This document shows positions 50,181 through 60,827 of a stretch of DNA of 64,000 nucleotides, one piece after another. Positions within the stretch are counted from its first letter, which is position 1, and every line of letters starts with the position of its first letter. Position numbers and translations under genes: made by a program. Source of the DNA: Candidatus Thorarchaeota archaeon (GTDB lineage: Archaea; Asgardarchaeota; Thorarchaeia; Thorarchaeales; Thorarchaeaceae); contig JAFGAR010000101.1 of the NCBI GenBank assembly GCA_016933575.1, positions 96,001 through 160,000 on the forward strand. The letters run 5' to 3'. The notes under the pieces were generated by a model, which searched no databases, was not told the DNA's origin, and saw nothing but the letters and a program-made list of their open reading frames with translations.

Positions 50181-53100
50181 AAACTACACACAGACTCATC
50201 CCCATTATGTTCGTTATTGTAATGATGGTAGCACCGGTATTTCTCACCCATAATCCATCAATGGGAATGACTACAGGCCAAGATACAACCAGTGATTTAG
50301 GAACTCGTGAAGTTGATATTGGAAATGGTGAGATGATTGAACTTGCTCCTAACGAGATTCTCCACACGTATGTACTCACCGAACAAGGGTGGGTAGAATG
50401 GAGTAGTACCAGTGATCCACTTATTGGTTCTGAATATGGAAACAGCATTAATATTTTCAATAATCGACAGATGAAATACATACCCGGTAGTGCCACAACC
50501 TCAGTTCAAACAGGTATCTCAATTGGCACGGGTTGGGAAGCTTATGAAGCACGAGTGGCAATTAGTAGTCTTACTGAGAATAGAACATGGATTACTAATC
50601 CTGGATTTGAAGGAGGCTACACAGGTTGGACTCGAGTGGCTACTTCTAATGCAGGATACAGTACTGTTAGCGCAAGTTGGATCGATGATGGTCATGGAAC
50701 AGGTAACGATTGTGTTGAAGTCGATATAAACTCAGATAGCACAAGTGAGCCATTCTATTATGACCAAGGTGATGATGCATGGTATCAGCAGGTTGCAACT
50801 GTAAATCGTGGTACTGTGGTTTGGGCTGCTCTTAGAATGAATTTCTGGGCCGATACTGTGGACGACACTCACTATGGTATGACCGGTTCATTCAGGTTAT
50901 ATGCAAATATCGAAGGAACTGATATCTGGCGAAGAGTCTTTTCCGATATTGGTGCTGAAGAAACTTGGTATGACACTGGTCTACTCACGGTAAATCCATC
51001 AGTCTTTGGGCTACCCGGCGATACGAGCATAACCACAAGAATAGGTATGTTGTCACTAGCTACTGTTGGATATGCACCAAATATCCATCCTAAAGCCAGA
51101 TTCGACAACATTGTACTCTATATGAAGACTCTAGTCAATCCTAGTGAAATCAATCTTCAGATGAATGGACTTAGTATCAGCAATAGTGGAACAAGAGGCA
51201 TTTGTTCAATTACTCAAACACCTGGTACTCCTTGGACAACATCTCCAGTTACACTCACATTCACGTGGACTCCAGTACCAACAACGCCAAATCCCAATAG
51301 CGAGATAAGAATTGACTTTAACATTAATGTGAATATGTTCGCTAGGCATTACGATCTTGATAGTCTCTATGAAATTAGTCCAACATCTTTCGGAGAACGA
51401 TTTACTATCCAAAATGGCACTAATGCTGAATTCACATCTTACTTTAGAGCCAATATTCCCACAGGATATGCAAATCGGTACTTCTTCAATGAGACAATTC
51501 CAATAGATCGTGACGTTTACTTTGTAGCTCAACCATTAGCACCAACCACCAATCTTACCTCTGGATGGAATGGAGGGGACCCTGGCGATGGCTTCCTAAA
51601 TGTATCAACATACTTGATTACAACCGAACCCGGAAGGTATGGATATTGGAGAATCTTGAGTAGGTCTCCAAATATGATATCAGATGTGCAGCTTTGGGAT
51701 CCAAACTCAAGTATGTGGACTCGCGATGCTGATTTACGTGCTGGTGATATCAGCCGAGTATTGGTGAATGTTGGTTCACAATATGCTGGCTCTTTAGTAA
51801 ACATCACTCTATACAAACCGGATGGTTCTGTTTGGCAAACATTCAGTACTACTGTGAACTCGACTGGATATGCAACAACGAGTAGCTTCACACTCTCAGG
51901 CGCAACAGCACCTGCAGGTAGTTGGATGGTACAAGCTACGACTAGTAATGTAGGTGCAGGAGGAGAATGGACATCTGTGGGTCTATTCAAGAGACCATTT
52001 ACAATAACTCATGAATCCACTATCAATCTACAATATCCTACAGACGCCATTGGGACTATGATAACCAATGTTACCTATGGTGATCTACTCCTGATTATTC
52101 TGGAAGTAGAAGATATTGACAGCTCTGTATTGGTACCGGGTGGTACCCTTACTCTGGATTGGTCTTTTGGAATTGATACTTTTGATGATAATGGAAATGG
52201 TCAGTATACTAAAGTCATAGACACATCTGAACTACCCGGAAAAGGTCAATATACAATGGATTTGGATTGGGTGCACCCAAGTTTTGATCCATCCAACACT
52301 GCTCTCACAATCAACATTAATTATGCAGCGACTCTGACATCGCCTGACTATCCAGGAATTTCAGGTCCTGTGGGTGATGACCAATCATTCACTACTCGAT
52401 TTGCTAATGTGAATGGCACCGGGATCACCACTGCCAATCTATGGTGTAATTGGTCGAATCCGTATACTGTTGTTCCTCTTGGTTTGGGTAATTATGAATT
52501 CCAACTAGACATGACTGGTATACCAATTGGAGAATATCCAATTGAGGTACACGCAACAGGACCATTTGTTGAACCTCAATCCATGTTGATGTATGTTGAA
52601 GCAAGAGAAATCTATAACTCAATCTCTTACACCTCAAGCCAACTCTCTATACCCTTGGGTGAAGCAGCATCATTCGTCTTGACTTGGACTGATACTGATC
52701 ACAATGTCCTCATCTCTGGCTCAGCTTCATCTATATCATGCAACTGGACCCCATTCCACTCATCTGGAGACACAAATTATACTGTTGTTGAGATATCTCC
52801 TGGTAAATATAACATTACCATCTTTACCAAGAATACAGATCCATTGACAGGAACAGATCTCATCACTGTTAGATTCAACGTGTTCAAGACGAATTACAGA
52901 AGTCACATATTTGACATCGGTGTTGCGATACGAAAGAGGAACACGCTCTTTGTTCTCGATGCTCCGATAAGTCAGACTCCATTTGGAAGCACTATCACTG
53001 TTTTGGTATTCTACCAAGATACTGATTTACGTGTAGGTATTGGTAATGCTACTAATGAAGTAAAAATCACAATAACATCAACAGAGATTGGAACAGTAGC

Positions 53101-56100
53101 ATTCACATGTACGCCATCCTCTCTTGGGCTAGGCCACTACAATATTTCAATTGATAGTGGACAATGGGGAAGCATTGGTTGGAAGGACCTTAGTATATTC
53201 ATAGAGTGGACAGGAGTAGTCGATAAATTCTATAGTCAGACCATCAATACTTCAGCACGGATAACTGGTACTGATACTGACCTCTATCTTGAGATAGCCC
53301 CAACCGCAACGTACTATCTTGACACATTTACATTCACAGCAGTCTACTATGATACAGTTGGGCTGCAAAGGATTAGTAATTTAACAAACAATGTCTTCAT
53401 ACTTCTCACTGCCCTAGATACTGGACATTCAGTAACTCAGAGTGATTTCACCATTGTTGAATCTGGGACAGTACCTGGTACTTACATATTCACTTTGGAT
53501 AGCACTCTGTTTCCAAGTACTGATACATTCCGGTTCCAGCTTGATTTCATGTGGAAGAAGGGTGCGATCCCTAGGTATGAAAATGCAACAATGGTTGTAT
53601 CATTGATTGTACTAGATCGCCCCACATATATCGACTACTCTCCCATCTCATCTACACCATACGGAGAGGATGCAGAACTTCGGTTTAGCTTTGTTGATAC
53701 ACTCACATCGACAAAGATTGATGATTCTGCTCAATTAATTGTGTCTTTGAACGACCTTGGAGTATCATTCTCATATTCGTTTAACGCATTAACACATGAA
53801 TTCACACTTCTGATTGACACTGGCTCAATTGGTAGTATTGGTGTCCATATCATCCATCTGAACTTGACATGGAGTGGAAGTCCATTCTATGCATCAGTCA
53901 CCAATAAACCAATTACCTTGTCAGTGATACTTCGACCTACGCAGCTTTCCCACCTGTCCTTTGCTCCAAGTCAGTGGGGAAATAACATCACCATTCAATT
54001 CGTTTATACTGATATTGTCGTTGGATCAACGGCTGGAATGTCTGGAACATTGACTCTGAATATTGCAGTTGACAAATATTCTGTTGTATATGGTCCAGAA
54101 GGGCATTTCTTTGTAACTATCAACACAACAGCGTTTGCATCTGATGGACTGTATTCAGTCACAGCTACTGTGGTTCATACAAATCCGAACTATCAGACTG
54201 CAATTGAGACCTTTGACATATCAGTTCTAAAACGTTCTACACAACTTGGTTATGATAGCCCTGATCCAGCTTCCTATGGGTCCAATGTGAGCTTGCATAT
54301 CATCTACACTGATGATAGTACTGGTAGAGGAGTAGTTGGTGCAACAATTGCCGTCACAGGAAATGGCACCTATAGCTTGGTGTTGAACACTAATTATTGG
54401 ATTACCTACACAGGAGATGGGCGCTATCTTATAGAAGTCAATACAACAGCACTTGGAGTTCCTGGTGTCTACTTGTTGGAAATCGATGTGAGCTTCAGCG
54501 GAGAACCATTCTATCTTCCAGGTTCTCAGGATGTCATTGCCAGAGTTGTAGAGAGAACAACTCAGATTCTAATCACACAAACACCTGGTGAAGTACCATT
54601 CCAAGAGAATGTTGTATTCCGATTCAAATATACTGACTTTCTATTAGGTACAAAAATCAGTATTGACCAGTCAGATATTACCCTTACTCATGGTGTATCT
54701 CACACTGTGATTACTTCTGGTCAATACACTCTCAATGAATATGCAACATATTATGAGATTATCTTTAGTTCTCTGATCATCAATCCAAGTGCACTTGAAA
54801 CCGGGCATCCGATTCAGATTACAATTGATAAAGGCTCAGGAGAACCTTACTATGCTCCAAGAAGTACTTCAACATCAGTGACGATAATACAAAGATCCAC
54901 TCAAATTCTGTTACCACTCGTCGAAGATACACCATATTACGACAACATAACAATTCAATTGAGTTATATTGATTATCTAACTGAAACAGGAATTGACGAT
55001 GCATTACTTGTCATCTCAAGTGACAACTGGACTGTACCTGAATATACTCTAATACGTGAAGGAAATGGTGTTTATACAATCCTCATAAATAGCAGTTTAT
55101 TTGGTGACATCGGTAATGTATACTTTGATATCACACTGAGTAAATCTGGTTCCCCATTCTATACAAGTAGGACAAGATATGATGTCCCAGCGACTATTAC
55201 AACCATCCAAACTTCTATCATTGCTGAAGCTCCAGCAGCTGGTTCTACCGCAGTTGGAGCTCCCATTGAAGTTACCATAACCCTTCGTGATTTCGACCAC
55301 GATAAGCTTCTTGAAGGTGCAATTATCTCCACGAATTGGACACAACTATTCGGAACAGGTTATACTATTGATGAATTAGGATCTGGAGTATACACAATTA
55401 CCTTAATCACTGAAGGCCTACTAGCTCAAAAGTTCACCTTTCAAGTCTGGGCGGAGAAATCTTACTATGCTACAGCGATAGCGACGGTGTCTGTTCAACC
55501 TGGAGCAGCAACTGTTGAGATATATCTGGAGAAATCAACCTATTATTCCGATTGGGGTGAAATGGTCAATATCACGTTCCAAGTGAGAGAACCATATTAC
55601 AATACTCCAGTAACAGGAATGACTGCTACACTCCTTTGGAATGGAGTACTATATGGTTTCACAGAAGGTACGAATGGATACTATACTTTGTTACTTGATT
55701 CATCTGAGAATAATTATGGTATCTATAATCCTCGGATTACAGTTACAAAATTATACTATCAGCAGAAACAAAGAACCTTCACATTAGTCGTTTCAAAGGC
55801 CACTGGTCAGATTATACCTGAATCTTCACTCTATGAGGTCGTCGCAAACACTTCTGTGAATATTCAGATTTATCTCAACGACACCGTTTCTGCATTACCA
55901 GTAACTACTGCTACTGTCAACATAGAATTCAATGGAACACTTTACTCTCTAACACATATTGGTGGTGGATTCTTTAGTACTAACTTACCTGTAACCAATT
56001 TTGCTATTGGCCAGTATCCTCTGATAGTTCGCGCTAATGCAGTGAATCATGTATTCCTTGAAATCATCATAGATGTCAATATTGTGCCAATCTACACAGA

Positions 56101-57919
56101 ATTGAAATTCACTGAATCCATATCTCTAATCACTGCATACTTTGGCGATAGTATTAACATCTTAGTGATCTATAATGATACTTACTACAATACGCTAATT
56201 TCTAATGCAAACATATCGTACACTCTTGGTAGCTTGACCGGAGTATTGACGGAAGAAGCAAATCATACCTATAGTGCATCAATTGATATTAGCTCTTTGG
56301 GTTCCCAATCGATATACCTCAGGTTGACTGCCTCAAAGGCAGGTTATGCAACTGCGCTGAGGTCAATCATTGTGACAATCCTACCAATTCCCACATCAAT
56401 AAGTGTACTACCTAGTGATGCTTTGAAGTCAGGTTACTTTGGTAATAAATTGAATTTCACATTCTTCTATAACGATTTGCAACATGGTGTCGGTATTGCT
56501 GGTGCTAATGTTGTAGCTACTTGGGAAGGAGTTGGTTATACAGTCTATGATTTTGGAAATGGCAGATATGTCGTTCAGGTTACGTTATCAATAACAACTC
56601 CTGGTCTATATGACTTGGCTGTAAGATTCAATCTTCAGAATTATACTGCACGTTCGATAACGACAAAAGTTGAAATCTATGCAACACCTGCACAGATTTA
56701 TGGTCCTGCAACCTACTCATCGCCTATTAATGATACAATCACTATTGAGTTCGTTATCAAGAATTCATTCACTAGTAGTATCATCTCTGACATTGTCGGA
56801 ACTGCTTCTTCAGTTCAATTAGGCGATATAGACCTGCAATTACTACCAAGTGGAAACTATACTTTGAATCTTGAGGGAGACCTCCCATATGGATTCTATA
56901 GCTTTACAATTTATTTTGCTACAACAAAATACGTAATATCTCCATTCTATCTTGAAATAGAAGTTAGACAAGTAAAGAGTCAATCTCAACATGGGTCTCT
57001 AAACGTACTCACTCAACCCGGTGGTTCTGTTGAGTTTACAGTGACTTACCTAGATGCAGATCACAATCAAGGTATTCCTGGTGCTAATATCTCCTTTGTC
57101 TATGATGATAATTTAGTCCAATACTTGGAGGAGTACACTATTGATAATGATGGTACATATACCTTCTATTTCCTATCAAGAGCTGGAGGGACTGCAACGA
57201 TTGAGATAACCCTTAGTAAAGATGGGTTCGACACGCAAGTTATCATTCTAAGAGTCCAATCAGATATCTCCGCCGAACAGCAGTTCCAACAGACCTTGAC
57301 AATTGGTGGTGGATTTGGTATCCTCATCGTTGCCTTGCTCCTCATAGGTTATGTTAAGGTCTGGTCTATCCCCTGGTTGATTCGTCAAATGAACAGAATG
57401 ATTCGTGTTCTCTCGAAGGGTCGAGTTCCAGGGCCTCCAAAAGTTAAGTCCAGACAAGATATAGCGATGGTTATCGTCAATGAAGAGATTGCATCATTGC
57501 ACCTTCAGAAACCACGAGAGGATATTGCACCTGAGCCCATTGTGACAACTGTGCCAGAAGTCAATGAACTTCTTGAAGAACTTGCTTCTATTACTGGACT
57601 TGGAGAAGCTGAGATTGAAGCTTTCCGTGCAGATCTCTCTAGGATGAAAGCCAGTGAGCGACCAGGATTCTTGAAAGAAGTCATTAATCAAGAGAGAGCT
57701 CGTCGAGCTGATGTCTTGGCAAAACCAGTAAAAGAAACAAAAACTCCAGAGCAAGTTCCTCTCTCTGAATTGCCCGGAGAACTTGAAGATCTCAAACAGA
57801 AGCTTCTCAAGAAAGGCATGGCAAGCGATGAGATTGATATCATCATCAACGAAGCCAAGTCTCTCTCAAAGGCAGATCTCGATGCGCTTCTTGATAGTCT
57901 TGGAATTGATCTAGATTAG
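50177..57919 (+). CDS. Giant (2580 aa) Ig-like repeat type-I membrane glycoprotein B, paralogue of A
   Basis: Collinear with A (IG.GWE.Y, TENRTW, GHG.G..C, INLQMNG, CNW, SER.GF..EV..QERARRA); ATGA overlap with the A stop; TM near 57302-57355. Confidence 0.85.
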   Translation: MKTTHRLIPIMFVIVMMVAPVFLTHNPSMGMTTGQDTTSDLGTREVDIGNGEMIELAPNEILHTYVLTEQGWVEWSSTSDPLIGSEYGNSINIFNNRQMKYIPGSATTSVQTGISIGTGWEAYEARVAISSLTENRTWITNPGFEGGYTGWTRVATSNAGYSTVSASWIDDGHGTGNDCVEVDINSDSTSEPFYYDQGDDAWYQQVATVNRGTVVWAALRMNFWADTVDDTHYGMTGSFRLYANIEGTDIWRRVFSDIGAEETWYDTGLLTVNPSVFGLPGDTSITTRIGMLSLATVGYAPNIHPKARFDNIVLYMKTLVNPSEINLQMNGLSISNSGTRGICSITQTPGTPWTTSPVTLTFTWTPVPTTPNPNSEIRIDFNINVNMFARHYDLDSLYEISPTSFGERFTIQNGTNAEFTSYFRANIPTGYANRYFFNETIPIDRDVYFVAQPLAPTTNLTSGWNGGDPGDGFLNVSTYLITTEPGRYGYWRILSRSPNMISDVQLWDPNSSMWTRDADLRAGDISRVLVNVGSQYAGSLVNITLYKPDGSVWQTFSTTVNSTGYATTSSFTLSGATAPAGSWMVQATTSNVGAGGEWTSVGLFKRPFTITHESTINLQYPTDAIGTMITNVTYGDLLLIILEVEDIDSSVLVPGGTLTLDWSFGIDTFDDNGNGQYTKVIDTSELPGKGQYTMDLDWVHPSFDPSNTALTININYAATLTSPDYPGISGPVGDDQSFTTRFANVNGTGITTANLWCNWSNPYTVVPLGLGNYEFQLDMTGIPIGEYPIEVHATGPFVEPQSMLMYVEAREIYNSISYTSSQLSIPLGEAASFVLTWTDTDHNVLISGSASSISCNWTPFHSSGDTNYTVVEISPGKYNITIFTKNTDPLTGTDLITVRFNVFKTNYRSHIFDIGVAIRKRNTLFVLDAPISQTPFGSTITVLVFYQDTDLRVGIGNATNEVKITITSTEIGTVAFTCTPSSLGLGHYNISIDSGQWGSIGWKDLSIFIEWTGVVDKFYSQTINTSARITGTDTDLYLEIAPTATYYLDTFTFTAVYYDTVGLQRISNLTNNVFILLTALDTGHSVTQSDFTIVESGTVPGTYIFTLDSTLFPSTDTFRFQLDFMWKKGAIPRYENATMVVSLIVLDRPTYIDYSPISSTPYGEDAELRFSFVDTLTSTKIDDSAQLIVSLNDLGVSFSYSFNALTHEFTLLIDTGSIGSIGVHIIHLNLTWSGSPFYASVTNKPITLSVILRPTQLSHLSFAPSQWGNNITIQFVYTDIVVGSTAGMSGTLTLNIAVDKYSVVYGPEGHFFVTINTTAFASDGLYSVTATVVHTNPNYQTAIETFDISVLKRSTQLGYDSPDPASYGSNVSLHIIYTDDSTGRGVVGATIAVTGNGTYSLVLNTNYWITYTGDGRYLIEVNTTALGVPGVYLLEIDVSFSGEPFYLPGSQDVIARVVERTTQILITQTPGEVPFQENVVFRFKYTDFLLGTKISIDQSDITLTHGVSHTVITSGQYTLNEYATYYEIIFSSLIINPSALETGHPIQITIDKGSGEPYYAPRSTSTSVTIIQRSTQILLPLVEDTPYYDNITIQLSYIDYLTETGIDDALLVISSDNWTVPEYTLIREGNGVYTILINSSLFGDIGNVYFDITLSKSGSPFYTSRTRYDVPATITTIQTSIIAEAPAAGSTAVGAPIEVTITLRDFDHDKLLEGAIISTNWTQLFGTGYTIDELGSGVYTITLITEGLLAQKFTFQVWAEKSYYATAIATVSVQPGAATVEIYLEKSTYYSDWGEMVNITFQVREPYYNTPVTGMTATLLWNGVLYGFTEGTNGYYTLLLDSSENNYGIYNPRITVTKLYYQQKQRTFTLVVSKATGQIIPESSLYEVVANTSVNIQIYLNDTVSALPVTTATVNIEFNGTLYSLTHIGGGFFSTNLPVTNFAIGQYPLIVRANAVNHVFLEIIIDVNIVPIYTELKFTESISLITAYFGDSINILVIYNDTYYNTLISNANISYTLGSLTGVLTEEANHTYSASIDISSLGSQSIYLRLTASKAGYATALRSIIVTILPIPTSISVLPSDALKSGYFGNKLNFTFFYNDLQHGVGIAGANVVATWEGVGYTVYDFGNGRYVVQVTLSITTPGLYDLAVRFNLQNYTARSITTKVEIYATPAQIYGPATYSSPINDTITIEFVIKNSFTSSIISDIVGTASSVQLGDIDLQLLPSGNYTLNLEGDLPYGFYSFTIYFATTKYVISPFYLEIEVRQVKSQSQHGSLNVLTQPGGSVEFTVTYLDADHNQGIPGANISFVYDDNLVQYLEEYTIDNDGTYTFYFLSRAGGTATIEITLSKDGFDTQVIILRVQSDISAEQQFQQTLTIGGGFGILIVALLLIGYVKVWSIPWLIRQMNRMIRVLSKGRVPGPPKVKSRQDIAMVIVNEEIASLHLQKPREDIAPEPIVTTVPEVNELLEELASITGLGEAEIEAFRADLSRMKASERPGFLKEVINQERARRADVLAKPVKETKTPEQVPLSELPGELEDLKQKLLKKGMASDEIDIIINEAKSLSKADLDALLDSLGIDLD

Positions 57920-57925
57920 ATATGG

Positions 57926-57951
57926 TGAAGCTGGTTTCGAGGCCAGCTTCA
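57926..57951 (+). terminator. Hairpin terminator after giant gene B
   Basis: TGAAGCTGG/CCAGCTTCA followed by TTCTTCT. Confidence 0.65.
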
Positions 57952-58026
57952 TTCTTCTAATCAAATTTCATGTCTATCGAACTTGATGGAAAACAATTAA
58001 GAGTGATTCCTTGTTCGTGTGCAACC

Positions 58027-59118
58027 ATGGACATCGATGAAAGAATCAAGCTTATTGCTGGTGTTGGCGAAGAAGTTGTCACCATAGAAGAGCTAAGGAC
58101 TCTATTAGAGGAGAAGAAGAATCCAATCGCATATGATGGATTTGAACCATCCGGGATGGCACATCTTCCATTTGGCATCTACAGACCACTATTATTGAAG
58201 GATCTTATTAAAGCTGGAATCCGATTCAAGATTTGGCTTGCTGATTGGTTTGCTTGGATCAATAATAAGATGGGCGGAGATTTAGAGAAGATAAAGACAA
58301 CAGGAGATTATTTCATTGAAGTCTGGAAAGCTGCAGGAGTTCCCACTGATAAGGTTGAGTTTCTATTTGCTTCAGATGCAATGGACACCATAGACTACTG
58401 GGAGCGTGTGATTCGTATTGCGAAGGCTACAACAATTGCCAGAGCAACCAGAGCCCTCACGATTATGGGAAGAAAAGAAGGAGAGATGTCTGAGGTGGCA
58501 GCTTACTTCTATCCTGTCATGCAAGTTGCTGATATCTTCACTCTTGAAGCTGATATCACACAACTAGGTCTTGATCAAAGACGGGCAAACATGTTAGCAC
58601 GAGAAGTCGGACCTAAACTTGGACTCTGGAAACCAGTTGTAATAAGCCATCATATGCTCATCAACCTTGAAGGAGCAAAAGAACCAGAGGGCTTTGATGA
58701 TGAGATGGCTCGGGATTATCATTTGATAGATTCAAAAATGAGTAAGAGCAAACCATCTTCAAGTATCTTTGTGCATGATACTACTGATGAGATTCGTTCT
58801 AAAATTATCGCAGCCTATTGTCCACCAAAAGAAGTGAACGGAAATCCACTATTGGACTATGCCAAAGAGATTATCTTTAGAAAGTATGATGATTTCACCA
58901 TTGAACGAAAGACGAAGTTTGGTGGCGATGTGACCTTCACCAGTTATCAAGATCTTGAGAGTAGTTACACAAAGGGCGACCTTCATCCCATGGATTTGAA
59001 GAATGGAATCATCCTTTATCTAGATGAAATGATTAAACCTATTCGTGAGCATTTCGAAAAGAAAGGAAGTGCTAGCGATCTATACGAGCAAGTAAAGAGC
59101 TATCAGATCACGCGATAA
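58027..59118 (+). CDS. tyrS: Tyrosyl-tRNA synthetase, archaeal/eukaryotic type
   Basis: AYDGFEPSG, ADWFAWINNK, YPVMQVADI, G.DQR, KMSKS, LHPMDLK; ATG at 58027 is preferred over 57970. Confidence 0.95.
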   Translation: MDIDERIKLIAGVGEEVVTIEELRTLLEEKKNPIAYDGFEPSGMAHLPFGIYRPLLLKDLIKAGIRFKIWLADWFAWINNKMGGDLEKIKTTGDYFIEVWKAAGVPTDKVEFLFASDAMDTIDYWERVIRIAKATTIARATRALTIMGRKEGEMSEVAAYFYPVMQVADIFTLEADITQLGLDQRRANMLAREVGPKLGLWKPVVISHHMLINLEGAKEPEGFDDEMARDYHLIDSKMSKSKPSSSIFVHDTTDEIRSKIIAAYCPPKEVNGNPLLDYAKEIIFRKYDDFTIERKTKFGGDVTFTSYQDLESSYTKGDLHPMDLKNGIILYLDEMIKPIREHFEKKGSASDLYEQVKSYQITR

Positions 59119-60157
59119 TATCTGTGGGTTTGCTGGTCCTTCTTGTTCGTCTAGTTATGAATGCAAGAGCCACAAATCCTACTATAATACTAAACCAGAG
59201 CGTGAATACACGGATTAGTATAGTTGCCGCACTTGCCAACGTTTCACTCGTTGATAGGAGGAATACTATCAAAGCCATGGATGTAATTTCGTATGTACCA
59301 ACACCTCCTGGTGAGAATGTTAGTGCACCAATAATCGATGCTGCTGAATGAATAAAGGTCGCAGCTAGTAATAGGGAAAGTGACTCAATCGAAAATGATG
59401 GTAGTGACGCATCCCGGAACAGTCCTAGAAGTATCCAGAGTTCAAGACATTCCATAAACCATCCTGGTACACTGACTGCTGTACTGATCAACATCGGTTT
59501 GGGACTTAATGTCTGAATCATAGTTGATTCAATAAGATCACAGCTGTCTTGGAATCGCTTCAGAGGACCAAATGAGGTCATCCGTTTCAATATCTTTTGA
59601 TAGAATGTTCGATTTCCAAGGACAATTGCTCCAGCAAGCGCAATCCCTCCCAATAGTAGCACAGCTAGTATTTGGTCTCCTGCGTTGATACCAAAGGTAA
59701 ATCCGAGAACAGCAAGTATCACTAATGCAAGAAGATCTGTAACTCGCTCTGAAACGACTACAGGCATGGTCTTCGCAACAGGTGTTCCATCATGAGTCTG
59801 CACAAAATATCCCTTTACAATTTCTCCTATTTTTCCGGGTGTAGCAGTCAGAGTGAATCCTGCAAGAAAGATGCTGAAACTATCTCTATGACTCAAGTGT
59901 ACATTAATTCTATGAAGGTAGTACTGCCATTTGAAATACCTGATAATATAGTTCAGAAAGGATAGAATCATCATCAGGGGCAGGACCCAGTACCAAGGAA
60001 TCGCAGCTAACGCAATCAGTACATCATCGATTTTTCCATAGAGGGCGACTAGGGCAAAGATCAACACGCTAAAGATTACAAATACGAACAGCTTCTTTGA
60101 ACTGATGAACGTTGAGCCTGATAGAACCTTTTCTTCTTCACCAGGAATCATAGGCAA
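59108..60157 (-). CDS. Lysylphosphatidylglycerol-synthase-TM / flippase-like membrane protein
   Basis: NYIIRYFKW, TPGKIGE, SERVTD, PGGVG.YE, R.FTLWF. Confidence 0.85.
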   Translation of the reverse strand: MPMIPGEEEKVLSGSTFISSKKLFVFVIFSVLIFALVALYGKIDDVLIALAAIPWYWVLPLMMILSFLNYIIRYFKWQYYLHRINVHLSHRDSFSIFLAGFTLTATPGKIGEIVKGYFVQTHDGTPVAKTMPVVVSERVTDLLALVILAVLGFTFGINAGDQILAVLLLGGIALAGAIVLGNRTFYQKILKRMTSFGPLKRFQDSCDLIESTMIQTLSPKPMLISTAVSVPGWFMECLELWILLGLFRDASLPSFSIESLSLLLAATFIHSAASIIGALTFSPGGVGTYEITSMALIVFLLSTSETLASAATILIRVFTLWFSIIVGFVALAFITRRTRRTSKPTDIIA

Positions 60158-60827
60158 GCCTCCGTATCCTTTGCCAGAACATAGTTGGAAAATGTAAGAA
60201 GAATATCGAAGGATATCCAGTGATCTGTGTCCTTCCTCTCTTCAGTTCGTTAAAGATGTCGTCAGCACTAGTGATATCTTGCAACCAAGTTTTAGCGTGT
60301 CCCATCTCCAAAAAGGAATGGCCATCGCTTCCAGCTGTCATTGGTTTATTGAGCCTTTTCGCTAGCCTCTGTGCTCTTTTATTGAAGAGGTTAATGATAC
60401 AGCGTGAATTGATACCCTCTATGAGGTCAACATGTTTGATTATGAGTGCATCGGGCAATCCTCTCCTGATTGCAGCATATTTTCTTAGAGGATCCATAGG
60501 ATGAGGGAGAACAACAAGTCCATTCATATCATGAACATCATCCGAAATCTCTTCGAAAGTTCTGTTTTCAATATGCTCTGTGACGAATAGTCCTATGACT
60601 TCTCCATAGTCTTTTGATTTGTACTCGCAGGCAGGAATTATGAACCGACCATCCCGTTCAATGACTTTTAGCGTAGCCGCTCTGTGGTGTTCTGTCGGAG
60701 CAACACCTCTTAGTCCCTTCTTCTTCATCATCTTAAAGAGACCATATGGGCTTTGAAAGCCGTCCTTCGAATTGAGAGTATGCATATGCAAATCAAATGC
60801 AGAAAGACGTTCACTCATTGAATTCAC
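60138..60827 (-). CDS. PHP-family metallophosphoesterase
   Basis: DLHMHT..S.DG, TEH, PHP, EGINSR, AGSDGH. Confidence 0.88.
   Translation of the reverse strand: MNSMSERLSAFDLHMHTLNSKDGFQSPYGLFKMMKKKGLRGVAPTEHHRAATLKVIERDGRFIIPACEYKSKDYGEVIGLFVTEHIENRTFEEISDDVHDMNGLVVLPHPMDPLRKYAAIRRGLPDALIIKHVDLIEGINSRCIINLFNKRAQRLAKRLNKPMTAGSDGHSFLEMGHAKTWLQDITSADDIFNELKRGRTQITGYPSIFFLHFPTMFWQRIRRLAYDSW

Noticed and set aside
42351-57919. Intein, DGR variable region or recent DNA-level duplication within the giant genes
   Set aside because: No intein terminal motifs, no reverse transcriptase, and no near-identical nucleotide repeats noticed; similarity is at the protein level only.
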